A program made the translations under genes and the position numbers. The notes beneath the pieces are model-generated. The model was not told the origin of the DNA. It was given only the letters and a program-made list of their open reading frames with translations, and made no database searches. A stretch of DNA of 64,000 bases. Source: a bacterium. Its GTDB lineage: Bacteria > Zhuqueibacterota > Zhuqueibacteria > Residuimicrobiales > Krinioviventaceae. Each line of letters starts with the position of its first letter. The first letter of the stretch is position 1. Shown in pieces: positions 48,472 through 57,256 of this stretch. The stretch covers positions 3,232,001 through 3,296,000 of the forward strand of contig CAXXMD010000003.1 of the NCBI GenBank assembly GCA_963675755.2, in the 5' to 3' direction.

Positions 48472-49812
48472 ATGACAAATGCAGCTGCAGATCCGGTAAC
48501 GAGTAATAATAAAGAGACCGTCATTCCCAAAGAGTTTTTTTTCTCTTTTGTATTGGTGACGAGTTTGTTTGCACTATGGGGTTTTGCCAACGATATTACG
48601 AACCCTATGGTTGCGGCATTTAAAACCATTCTGTTAACCAGCCATTTTCAAAGTTCTCTGGTACAGTTTGCATTTTATGGCGGCTATTGTGTTATGGCAA
48701 TTCCGGCAGCTCTTTTTATTAAACGATTTACCTACAAAAGCGGTATTCTTGTGGGACTGGGACTTTACTCGTTGGGTGCCTTGTTGTTTTTACCTTCCAG
48801 TATGCTTGTAGCGTTTTGGGCATTTTTACTCTCTTATTTTATTCTGACATGCGGTTTGTCATTTTTGGAGACCAGCTCTAATCCTTACATTTTGTCAATG
48901 GGACCGGAAGAGACATCTACACGCCGTTTGAATTTTGCCCAGGCATTCAATCCCTTAGGTTCACTTACGGGTATGTTTATCGCCCAGCAGTTTATTCTGG
49001 CTCGTCTTGATGTTCGATCTGATGAAGAACGACAGCTCTTATTAGAAACAGCGCCAGATAAATTCAGAGCATTGCAGCTAAGTGATTTGGCAATACTCAG
49101 AACTCCCTACATTATTATTGGTTTGATTGTGTTGGTGTTTTTTCTGATATTTTTATTTACGCGTTTGCCGAAAACCAAAGGTGAAGAAGGCACTTCTCTG
49201 GATTTGAAACCGACACTGAAAAGATTGGGTGCAAACAAGAAATATGTTGAAGGCGTAATAGCCCAGGCGTTTTATGTGGGTGTTCAGATTATGTGCTGGA
49301 CTTTTATTATTCAATATGCCATGAATGAGCTGGGTATGACCAAAGATGCCGCACAGGGTTATAATATTATCGCTATGATCATTTTCTGTTCAAGCCGCTT
49401 TATCTGTACCTATTTGTTGAAATATTTTAGTCCCGGTGGTTTATTGATGAACCTGGCCGTTGCCGGATTGGTTTTGATTCTAGGCACTATATTTATAAAA
49501 GGTATGATCGGCTTATATTGTTTGATTGGTGTATCTGCCTGCATGTCTCTCATGTTTCCTACAATTTATGGTATTGCATTGAAAGGCCTGGGAGATGATG
49601 CCAAGTTGGGCGCTGCGGGTTTGATTGTTGCCATTGGTGGTGGTTCAATAATGCCGCCAATGCAGGCAGCAATAATGGATATGAATGATTTTAATCTCGG
49701 GTTTATGACATTGTCCAGTACGCGGGCATCTTTTGTATTACCGTTGATCTGTTTTGTGGTTATTGCAATATATGGATTTAGAGCTTCATTGATACATGGA
49801 CATAAATATTAA
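48472..49812 (+). CDS. fucP: L-fucose:H+ symporter family MFS permease
   Basis: SLFALWGFAND, VQFAFYGGY, LETSSNPY, RRLNFAQAFNPLG, YVGVQ, SLMFPTIYG. Confidence 0.9.
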   Translation: MTNAAADPVTSNNKETVIPKEFFFSFVLVTSLFALWGFANDITNPMVAAFKTILLTSHFQSSLVQFAFYGGYCVMAIPAALFIKRFTYKSGILVGLGLYSLGALLFLPSSMLVAFWAFLLSYFILTCGLSFLETSSNPYILSMGPEETSTRRLNFAQAFNPLGSLTGMFIAQQFILARLDVRSDEERQLLLETAPDKFRALQLSDLAILRTPYIIIGLIVLVFFLIFLFTRLPKTKGEEGTSLDLKPTLKRLGANKKYVEGVIAQAFYVGVQIMCWTFIIQYAMNELGMTKDAAQGYNIIAMIIFCSSRFICTYLLKYFSPGGLLMNLAVAGLVLILGTIFIKGMIGLYCLIGVSACMSLMFPTIYGIALKGLGDDAKLGAAGLIVAIGGGSIMPPMQAAIMDMNDFNLGFMTLSSTRASFVLPLICFVVIAIYGFRASLIHGHKY

Positions 49813-51242
49813 TGAGCATGAATCGAAGACAGTTTATTCGGAGGTTGGGTCAGGCAGCCGGATTCATGGGACTATCCGGCTGCTCCTTTAATTCACCGAT
49901 ATCTAACAAGCCCAATGTGCTGTTTATTTTTGCGGATGATCAGGCATTTGATACGATCAATGCATTGGGCTATGACGAGGTGCAAACACCAAATCTTGAT
50001 CGTCTTGTAAAGAGCGGTGTTACGTTTACCCATGCCTATAATCAGGGTGCCTGGCATGGTGCAGTCTGTGTAGCCAGCAGAACCATGCTCAATACAGGCA
50101 GGTTTTTATGGGATGCACAAAAACTGGAACCGGAACTGAAACAGGAACAAAAGAATGGACGGTTTTGGTCCCAATATATGAAATCTGCCGGATACGAAAC
50201 CTATATGAGTGGCAAATGGCATGTTAAAGATATTAAACCACAGAATATCTTTGATCATGTTCTGGATGTGAGGCCCGGTATGCCCAATCAAACTCCTGAA
50301 GGTTATAACCGCCCCCATAAGGGTAAAGAGGATGTCTGGAAACCCTGGGATACCAGCAGAGAAGGATATTGGAAAGGTGGAAAACATTGGAGTGAAGTTC
50401 TGGGTGATAATGCAGAAAAGTTTATTAATGATGCCCGGAATAAAGAGAATCCCTTTTTTATGTATCTGGCGTTTAACGCACCTCACGATCCCCGCCAGTC
50501 TCCCAAAGAATTTGTAGATAAATATCCGGTTGAAGAAATAACAATTCCGGAAAACTATCTGGATGAATATCCTTACAAAGATGCCATGGGTTGCGGTAAG
50601 AACCTTCGGGATGAGCGACTGGCTCCTTTTCCCCGCACAGAGTACGCTGTGCAAGTCCATCGGCAAGAGTATTATGCAATAATTACCCATATGGACAAGC
50701 AGGTTGGCCGTATTCTGGATGCGCTTGAAGCATCAGGTAAAGCAGATAATACCGTAATATTTTTTACTGCTGATCATGGATTGGCAATTGGTCATCATGG
50801 ATTGATGGGAAAACAAAACATGTTTGACCACAGTGTGAGGGTACCTCTTTTTGTTTCCGGCAAAGAGATTCCTCAGAATGTAAGAATTGATACTCCTGTG
50901 TATTTGCAGGATATTATGCCGTCAGCTCTTGATATTGCGGGAATTGTACAACCGGAGCAGGTCCGTTTCAAGAGTTTGATGCCGCTATTGGATGGAAAGC
51001 AGCATGACCATTATGACAGTATCTATGGTGGTTATATGAATTTACAACGGATGATTTGTGATGGAAAATATAAACTCATCTATTATCCGGAGATTGAAAA
51101 ATACATTTTGTATGATTTGGTTAATGATCCGCTTGAAATGAATAATATTGCCGATGATCCTGCTTTTGCTACCGTAATGAAAAGACTGCAAAAACAAATG
51201 TTGAATAAACGAATTGAATATGGTGATCCCGCATTGGATTAG
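49812..51242 (+). CDS. Tat-exported (lipo)sulfatase, Cys-type
   Basis: NRRQFIR plus LSGC; FADDQ, CVASR..LNTG, GKWH, APHDP, ADHG. Confidence 0.92.
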   Translation: MSMNRRQFIRRLGQAAGFMGLSGCSFNSPISNKPNVLFIFADDQAFDTINALGYDEVQTPNLDRLVKSGVTFTHAYNQGAWHGAVCVASRTMLNTGRFLWDAQKLEPELKQEQKNGRFWSQYMKSAGYETYMSGKWHVKDIKPQNIFDHVLDVRPGMPNQTPEGYNRPHKGKEDVWKPWDTSREGYWKGGKHWSEVLGDNAEKFINDARNKENPFFMYLAFNAPHDPRQSPKEFVDKYPVEEITIPENYLDEYPYKDAMGCGKNLRDERLAPFPRTEYAVQVHRQEYYAIITHMDKQVGRILDALEASGKADNTVIFFTADHGLAIGHHGLMGKQNMFDHSVRVPLFVSGKEIPQNVRIDTPVYLQDIMPSALDIAGIVQPEQVRFKSLMPLLDGKQHDHYDSIYGGYMNLQRMICDGKYKLIYYPEIEKYILYDLVNDPLEMNNIADDPAFATVMKRLQKQMLNKRIEYGDPALD

Positions 51243-51273
51243 GGTGATGATGCAGATTGCCTATTAATTCTAG

Positions 51274-51303
51274 AGGACCAGTTGGGTAGGCTGGTCCTTT
51301 TTT
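51274..51303 (+). terminator. Rho-independent terminator
   Basis: AGGACCAG...CTGGTCCT stem plus T tract. Confidence 0.7.
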
Positions 51304-51362
51304 ATTTGTATTCATGTTTTGAAAATTGTATTTTAAATAGATACTATGATGGAGGATATGCA

Positions 51363-52034
51363 ATGATAGAAAAAATACTACTCGCTCTTTCCCTGGTCCT
51401 CTTTTTTACTCTATATAGTCGAAATACCCAGGCCGCAACCTTTTTAACAATTGGTGATTCTAATGGTGCCAGTGAACATGGCTGGGTTGTTCAATTGCAA
51501 AAAGTTTATCCGGATGTCAGAATTATTAACCGGTCTATTAGCGGAAATACAATTGGTTTTGACAACAATGGCGATCCCGGATTGAATACCTTGCGCAAGA
51601 TAGATCAATATCTTTCTACGGCCGTTCAAGACGCCAAACCGGAAAAGATTGATAAAATTTTAATCTGTCTGGGAACCAATGATTGTAAAGCCGTATTTGC
51701 CGACAGTTTGGCCAAAGTTCCGGATAATATGAGGCAGTTGATTGAAAAAATACGTTCATTTTATAATGAAAACAGTCCCGAAATTATTATTGTTTCTCCA
51801 CCGCCTTACGGCCCTGACCGCATATTGAAAGAAAAATACCATGGTGGAGATTCACGTGTTAAAGTCTTGACCTATTTATTCAGGGCTTTGGCTAAAGAAA
51901 TGAATTGTGGATTTGTTAATATTTACTCTGTCCTGGAACCTGTTTATGAACAGTATGCACCGGATGGTGTTCATATGAAAGCTGAAGTACAAATGATTAT
52001 AGCAAAAACCATTCAAGATTATTTGGATAAATAA
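51363..52034 (+). CDS. Exported SGNH/GDSL esterase
   Basis: IGDSN, SISG, LGTND, DGVH blocks; signal peptide; start after GGAGG. Confidence 0.88.
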   Translation: MIEKILLALSLVLFFTLYSRNTQAATFLTIGDSNGASEHGWVVQLQKVYPDVRIINRSISGNTIGFDNNGDPGLNTLRKIDQYLSTAVQDAKPEKIDKILICLGTNDCKAVFADSLAKVPDNMRQLIEKIRSFYNENSPEIIIVSPPPYGPDRILKEKYHGGDSRVKVLTYLFRALAKEMNCGFVNIYSVLEPVYEQYAPDGVHMKAEVQMIIAKTIQDYLDK

Positions 52035-52048
52035 AAAGGGAGTCTCTT

Positions 52049-53605
52049 ATGGCTAAAGTATCTCGTAGAAATTTCACAAAAATGATGGCAGGGGGAATTA
52101 TATCGAGTGCGGCCGTTACTTCTACAATTGCACCTAAAAATGCACAGGCTGCTAAAAAGAAACCCAATATTGTTTTTATCTGTTCGGACCAACATAGTTA
52201 TAAAGTCAATGGATTTATGGGGCACCCTATTGTACGAACACCCAACCTTGATCGTATTGCAAACGAGGGTGTTGTGTTTGATAATGCATACAGCGGGCAT
52301 CCGGTATGTACCCCGGGACGAGCCAGTATGATGACAGGAATGTTTGCGCATGACAGCAATTCTTTCTGCAATTCAACCGTTTGGGATGGAAGCCAGCCGC
52401 TGTGGTCCAGTTATTTAAAAGATGAAGGGTATTATTGCAGGGCTATAGGTAAGCTCGATCTTTCAGATGAACATGACACCGGTTTTGAAGAAATAGAAAC
52501 ATCGCATGGGCATCAATATAAACCGGATATCACCTCTTTGTTTCGCAGACCGGTTGCATATCGCGTGAATGAACGTCTCAATGTGGATGGAGAGTCACGT
52601 AATAAAGCACACAAGGATGCGGAAAAGACTCAACTCGGACTCGATTTTTTACAAAAAGAAGCCAAAGATAAAAAACAGCCCTGGGCATTATACGTGGGTT
52701 TGACCCAGCCGCATCCCGCGTTTGTTGCGTTAAAAAAATATTATGACATGTATCCATCATACAGCATGGATATGCCCAATATTCCACCGGGATTTTTGGA
52801 AAAACAACATCTGGTTTACCAGGAGTTACAGAGATTCAAAAGGATTGCCACACCTATCAGTGAAGAGAGAATACGCAAGGCACGTGCCGCGTATTATGGA
52901 ATGGTGTCTGAATTGGACGAGTATGTAGGCAAGATTTATAATGAACTGAAACAGTCCGGCGAGTTGGACAATACCTTGTTTATATATACTTCCGATCATG
53001 GAGAATCTTTGGGTGAACATGGTTTGTGGTTCAAGAATAATTTGTATGATATGGCTGCACGTGTTCCGCTGGTAATGGCAGGTGCTGGTTTACCAAAGGG
53101 TAAGCGGGTACCGGCACCTGTGGCGCATGTTGATGTAGCCGCCAGTATGCTGGATCTTGCCGGATCAGATGGAGTTAAAAAGCTGCGTGGACACTCTTTG
53201 ATTCCTATGGTGTTTGACCAAAAAGGTGACCATCCGGGATACGCGTTTAGCGAATGCCATTCGGAGGGCAATGCTACCGGTTCATATATGATCCGTAAAG
53301 GTGACTGGAAATATATCCATTTTACCTGGTACGATGACATGTTGTTCAATATGAAAAAAGATCCCGGCGAGTTCAATAACCTTATTGATGATCCCGCGGC
53401 TCAGGATGTGAGAAAAGAGCTTGAAGGTATTCTCAATTCATTGGTAGACACGGATGCGGTTACCCTTGAAGCATTCAAAGCCCAGGAGGAAAAGCTGAAC
53501 AGTATTGCAAAAGATAAAACCGTTACTGATTTGTTTGAACTGTTTAAAGGGCGTTTGGGAGATGGACTTGCCATGGCGCTTGCTATGAAGACAAAAGGGA
53601 ATTGA
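52049..53605 (+). CDS. Tat-exported Cys-type sulfatase (choline-sulfatase-like subfamily)
   Basis: SRRNFTK; CSDQH, CTPGRASMMTG, QPHP, SDHGE. Confidence 0.9.
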   Translation: MAKVSRRNFTKMMAGGIISSAAVTSTIAPKNAQAAKKKPNIVFICSDQHSYKVNGFMGHPIVRTPNLDRIANEGVVFDNAYSGHPVCTPGRASMMTGMFAHDSNSFCNSTVWDGSQPLWSSYLKDEGYYCRAIGKLDLSDEHDTGFEEIETSHGHQYKPDITSLFRRPVAYRVNERLNVDGESRNKAHKDAEKTQLGLDFLQKEAKDKKQPWALYVGLTQPHPAFVALKKYYDMYPSYSMDMPNIPPGFLEKQHLVYQELQRFKRIATPISEERIRKARAAYYGMVSELDEYVGKIYNELKQSGELDNTLFIYTSDHGESLGEHGLWFKNNLYDMAARVPLVMAGAGLPKGKRVPAPVAHVDVAASMLDLAGSDGVKKLRGHSLIPMVFDQKGDHPGYAFSECHSEGNATGSYMIRKGDWKYIHFTWYDDMLFNMKKDPGEFNNLIDDPAAQDVRKELEGILNSLVDTDAVTLEAFKAQEEKLNSIAKDKTVTDLFELFKGRLGDGLAMALAMKTKGN

Positions 53606-53606
53606 T

Positions 53607-54953
53607 ATGAGACGTAGAGAATTTATGAAATCATTGGGAGTACTGGCGGCTACAACAATGACCGGCAGTATTGCCTGCTCGAAGCCCAAAAAGCTGCCCA
53701 ATATTGTATTGATCATCTCTGATGATACCGGGTGGCATGATGTAGGGTATCATGGATCAAAAATTAAGACACCGGTTTTAGATAAACTGGCAAAAGAAAA
53801 CGTAGAGCTAGACCGGTTTTATGTGTATCCTGTATGTTCACCCACACGAGCTTCATTGTTGGGAGGAAGACCTCCAAGCAGATGGGGGATTAATGCACCC
53901 ATTGGCGGCAGAAGTAAACAGGCATTGCCGCATGAGCAGCCCACGCTGGCGGGATTGCTGAAAACAGTAGGCTATAAAACGGCACTGGCTGGTAAATGGC
54001 ACCTGGGATTACGACCGGAAGTGGGTCCCCGAAAATACGGATTTGACAGTACCTATGGCTATCTGCATGGGCAGATCGATCAGTATACGCATCATTATAA
54101 AAACGGAGATCGCAGCTGGCACCGCAATGACCAGTTTATTGATGAAGAAGGGCATGCAACTGATCTCATCACAAACGAAGCCAAGCGAGTGATAAGTGAT
54201 TGGAGCAAGGGCCCGGAACCCTTTTTCCTGCACATTGCGTACAGTGTACCGCACTATCCTTTACAGGAAGAGAAAAAATGGGTTGATCCCTATAATGATA
54301 TTATTGAAAACAAGTCACGCAGATTGTTTGCGGCATCTATGACGCACATGGATACTCGTATTGGCGATGTACTTGAGACCATAAAAACATCAGGAATTGA
54401 ACAGGACACTCTGGTTATCTATCTAAGTGACAATGGCGGGCAAAAGGATTGGTACCCCTCAACCGAGTATAACCTGAAACATGGTCCCAATGATGTGCTG
54501 GGAAATAACCTGCCGCTCAATGGTTGGAAAGGCGATCTGTATGAGGGCGGTATCCGTGTACCGGCAATTGTAAGATGGCCTGGAAAACTCGGTAGCGCCA
54601 AAGTAGATGAAACTATTATTGTTTATGATATTTTGACAACCGTATCCAAGCTGACCGGTGTAACTTTTCAGCAGGACTGGGTATATGAAGGAATCGATGT
54701 TTGGCCCGTACTTGCAGAACAATCTAAACTCCCGGAAAGAGTATTGTACTGGCGTTCAAATAAAGAATATGCTGTGCGCAAAGGCAACTGGAAGCTGGTC
54801 CATGTTGGTAAAAAATTGGATGAGGGAGAAGAGTTGCTCTTTGATGTGATTGCGGATCCGTATGAACAATCGAATGTTGTTGGCGATCACCCGAATGTTG
54901 TGGCAGTTCTAAAAGCCGAGATGGTAAAGCAAGCAGCAATGGATTTGGAATAA
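53607..54953 (+). CDS. Tat-exported (lipo)arylsulfatase, Cys-type
   Basis: RRREFMK plus SIAC; SDDTGWHDVGYHG, CSPTR, GKWHLG, SDNGG, YEGGIRVP. Confidence 0.92.
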   Translation: MRRREFMKSLGVLAATTMTGSIACSKPKKLPNIVLIISDDTGWHDVGYHGSKIKTPVLDKLAKENVELDRFYVYPVCSPTRASLLGGRPPSRWGINAPIGGRSKQALPHEQPTLAGLLKTVGYKTALAGKWHLGLRPEVGPRKYGFDSTYGYLHGQIDQYTHHYKNGDRSWHRNDQFIDEEGHATDLITNEAKRVISDWSKGPEPFFLHIAYSVPHYPLQEEKKWVDPYNDIIENKSRRLFAASMTHMDTRIGDVLETIKTSGIEQDTLVIYLSDNGGQKDWYPSTEYNLKHGPNDVLGNNLPLNGWKGDLYEGGIRVPAIVRWPGKLGSAKVDETIIVYDILTTVSKLTGVTFQQDWVYEGIDVWPVLAEQSKLPERVLYWRSNKEYAVRKGNWKLVHVGKKLDEGEELLFDVIADPYEQSNVVGDHPNVVAVLKAEMVKQAAMDLE

Positions 54954-54984
54954 AAAAAAGCCGCTAATTTTAGCGGCTTTTTTT
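54952..54984. terminator. Bidirectional terminator between convergent genes
   Basis: A-tract, GCCGCTAA-TT-TTAGCGGC stem, T-tract. Confidence 0.88.
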
Positions 54985-55003
54985 ATTATGGTTTTACATA
55001 TAT

Positions 55004-56254
55004 CTACTTTATCAGCAAAATCTTTTGCAAAATACTATCATTCCCGCTCTGCCATTTTACAAAATAAACACCACTGTGCAGGTCCTTGGGGGTATAATGT
55101 AATATATAGGTGCCGGGTTTGTGGTATTCAGATTTGAGAGTTTCTATATGCTGTCCTATTACATTGTATACATCCGCGTGTACCATGCCGGGTGAATTCA
55201 CCTTGTACGAGAAAACCGTTGACGCGTTAAAGGGATTGGGATAGGCATTGCTCAGTTCAAAAGATTTCGGGAGTACTATTTCATTTTGAGTTATGCCGGT
55301 TGTACTGTTGAAAACAATATCGGTACAGACGGGCAGGTGGTCCGATGCAAGATAGAGGGCATCTGCAATACTGTCAGCAACGGCCTGGTTGGTGCCGCCG
55401 TTGATATTGTTATTGAAATGTAGTCCGTCATTGCCAAAGGCTTGATAAGATTCAGGAATACAGTACCAATCGCCTGGTTCCATTAAAGCTTTAGATACGA
55501 GAATAAAATCAAAACGGTCATCCATGCCGCCGCCGGCCCCATCATCTACACTGGAATAACGGGTTGACTGGGTATGGTAGGGGGTAATAGAACGGCTGTT
55601 ATTGTTATGCCAGGCAACCATGAGATCCACAGGATCATAGCATCTGCCATTGTTGTTTTCCTGCTCGCCAATTAACACCTGGTAGGCTTCTTCCTGTGCG
55701 GTGTAGAGATTGAAATCTCCGGCAACAAAAAAGCAAGCGTCCGATGGAAGCTGATCCAGCTCTGCGCGCAAGATCTCTGCTTCGTTTTTGCGCAAAAGTC
55801 TTGACCTGTCATCGTCACTGGCTTTGAGGTGCACAGAGTAGATGCGCAGTTTGGGTGCGTCTGAATTGGTTTTCAAGGTAAACATATATTCGCTGAAATC
55901 TCTTAATCCGGATTGGATCTGTCTGTTAGACAAGAGAGATATTCTGGACTTTTTATAAAACATCATATTGTCAGTATCATTGCCATCGACATAAGGAGCA
56001 TTACTGTAGGTGTCCGGCATATAATAATTTAATATATCATTCCTAAAATAATCTACTCCGCTTTCAGATGTGAGTTCCTGAATGACGAGTACATCGGGCT
56101 GCATTTCGTTCAATACTTTACGGAAACCGGGGATGCGATTCTGTGCATTGACGTCTGGGAATTTCAAAGTATTCCATGTAGCAATACGCAGAGTGTCTTG
56201 AGCATTAGCAAATCCAAAACAAAATAATATATTCAGTAACAAAAATTTTTTCAT
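55004..56254 (-). CDS. Secreted endonuclease/exonuclease/phosphatase (DNase I-fold) with T9SS-type C-terminal domain
   Basis: Signal peptide; ATWN, VIQE, VHLKA, AGDFN, RFDFILVS, SDHLPV; CTD NAYPNPFN...GVYFV...KILLIK. Confidence 0.9.
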   Translation of the reverse strand: MKKFLLLNILFCFGFANAQDTLRIATWNTLKFPDVNAQNRIPGFRKVLNEMQPDVLVIQELTSESGVDYFRNDILNYYMPDTYSNAPYVDGNDTDNMMFYKKSRISLLSNRQIQSGLRDFSEYMFTLKTNSDAPKLRIYSVHLKASDDDRSRLLRKNEAEILRAELDQLPSDACFFVAGDFNLYTAQEEAYQVLIGEQENNNGRCYDPVDLMVAWHNNNSRSITPYHTQSTRYSSVDDGAGGGMDDRFDFILVSKALMEPGDWYCIPESYQAFGNDGLHFNNNINGGTNQAVADSIADALYLASDHLPVCTDIVFNSTTGITQNEIVLPKSFELSNAYPNPFNASTVFSYKVNSPGMVHADVYNVIGQHIETLKSEYHKPGTYILHYTPKDLHSGVYFVKWQSGNDSILQKILLIK

Positions 56255-56367
56255 ATTAAACTCCAGTTTGATTCTTGAATAATATACAAAATTTTAACCA
56301 GTAACCCAAATGTACAATGTGTTTCCGTTTTTACTAAAAAAATTGTATCTTGTAAAAAGGAGATTCG

Positions 56368-57057
56368 ATGAAAAAGATATTATTTTTGTTTTTGCTTACA
56401 TTTTCGATTCTATTTGGTTGTAATTCCAATAAAAACAATGATATTCTGACTTTAATGAATGTGGGTGATTCATTGCCTTCAACCCATCCGGATGAATGGC
56501 TTATGGCATTTGTGGATGTAGAGACTACGGGGTTGATTCCCGGATATCATGAGATGATTGATGTCGGTATGGTGATAACAGACCTTGATGGAAATGTAAT
56601 TGATAGTATGTTTTGTCTTGTTCAGCCAGAGCATCCGGAGCGGTTGTCTGAAGGTGCCTATGCTGTAAACGCATTTGATCCGCAGATCTGGAAGTCAAGA
56701 GGAGCATTGACTCCTAAAGCTGCTGTAGACAGTATAATGTCATTTCACAAACGGGTTTCAGATGGCAGGTATGTTTTATTGACGGCATTTAACAGCCAGT
56801 TTGATACGGCTTTTATGGATCATTTGTTCAGGTCATGTGATCATTCATGGCGAGAGCTGTTTCATTATATGGTGCTCGATGTACCCTCTATGGCATGGGG
56901 ACTCGGTTTTCGAGATATAAGGCCCTATACTTTGATGGAAAAATATAATGTACAAGATGAGCCACATGTTGCGAAAGATCATACCGGAATAACAGGTGCC
57001 ATGCTGAATGTTCGTATTTATCAGGCGATTATTTATCATTTAGAGCATATTCGGTAA
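56368..57057 (+). CDS. Lipoprotein with DEDD 3'-5' exonuclease fold
   Basis: Lipobox LFGC; ExoI VDVETTG; ExoII FNSQFD; degenerate ExoIII HTGITGA. Confidence 0.8.
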   Translation: MKKILFLFLLTFSILFGCNSNKNNDILTLMNVGDSLPSTHPDEWLMAFVDVETTGLIPGYHEMIDVGMVITDLDGNVIDSMFCLVQPEHPERLSEGAYAVNAFDPQIWKSRGALTPKAAVDSIMSFHKRVSDGRYVLLTAFNSQFDTAFMDHLFRSCDHSWRELFHYMVLDVPSMAWGLGFRDIRPYTLMEKYNVQDEPHVAKDHTGITGAMLNVRIYQAIIYHLEHIR

Positions 57058-57190
57058 ATTTACTGTTGACTCGTAAGTTAAAAATGTTAAATTGAATTGT
57101 TGAAAATGATGTGACCCCGCTGATATGAGATTAAGATATTCTTAATTGTGGCTTAATATTGCCTTAAATCCTAGTCCTTAAAATTAAATC

Positions 57191-57220
57191 TTGAATTATG
57201 AAAATTTTGTGTTTTATAAT
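57191..57220 (+). promoter_or_regulatory. Sigma70 promoter of the 57.3-64 kb operon
   Basis: TTGAAT-18 nt-TATAAT. Confidence 0.55.
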
Positions 57221-57256
57221 TTCCTGCAATTGTTCACTTAAACGATATAGAAAAGT

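Noticed and set aside
55004-57057. Nuclease pair as an anti-phage defence system
   Set aside because: Both carry export signals, and there are no defence-island genes nearby.
57058-57256. Intergenic region as a possible riboswitch or sRNA
   Set aside because: It contains promoter-like boxes and weak AT-rich hairpins only. I recognise no Rfam consensus; an Infernal cmscan would be needed.
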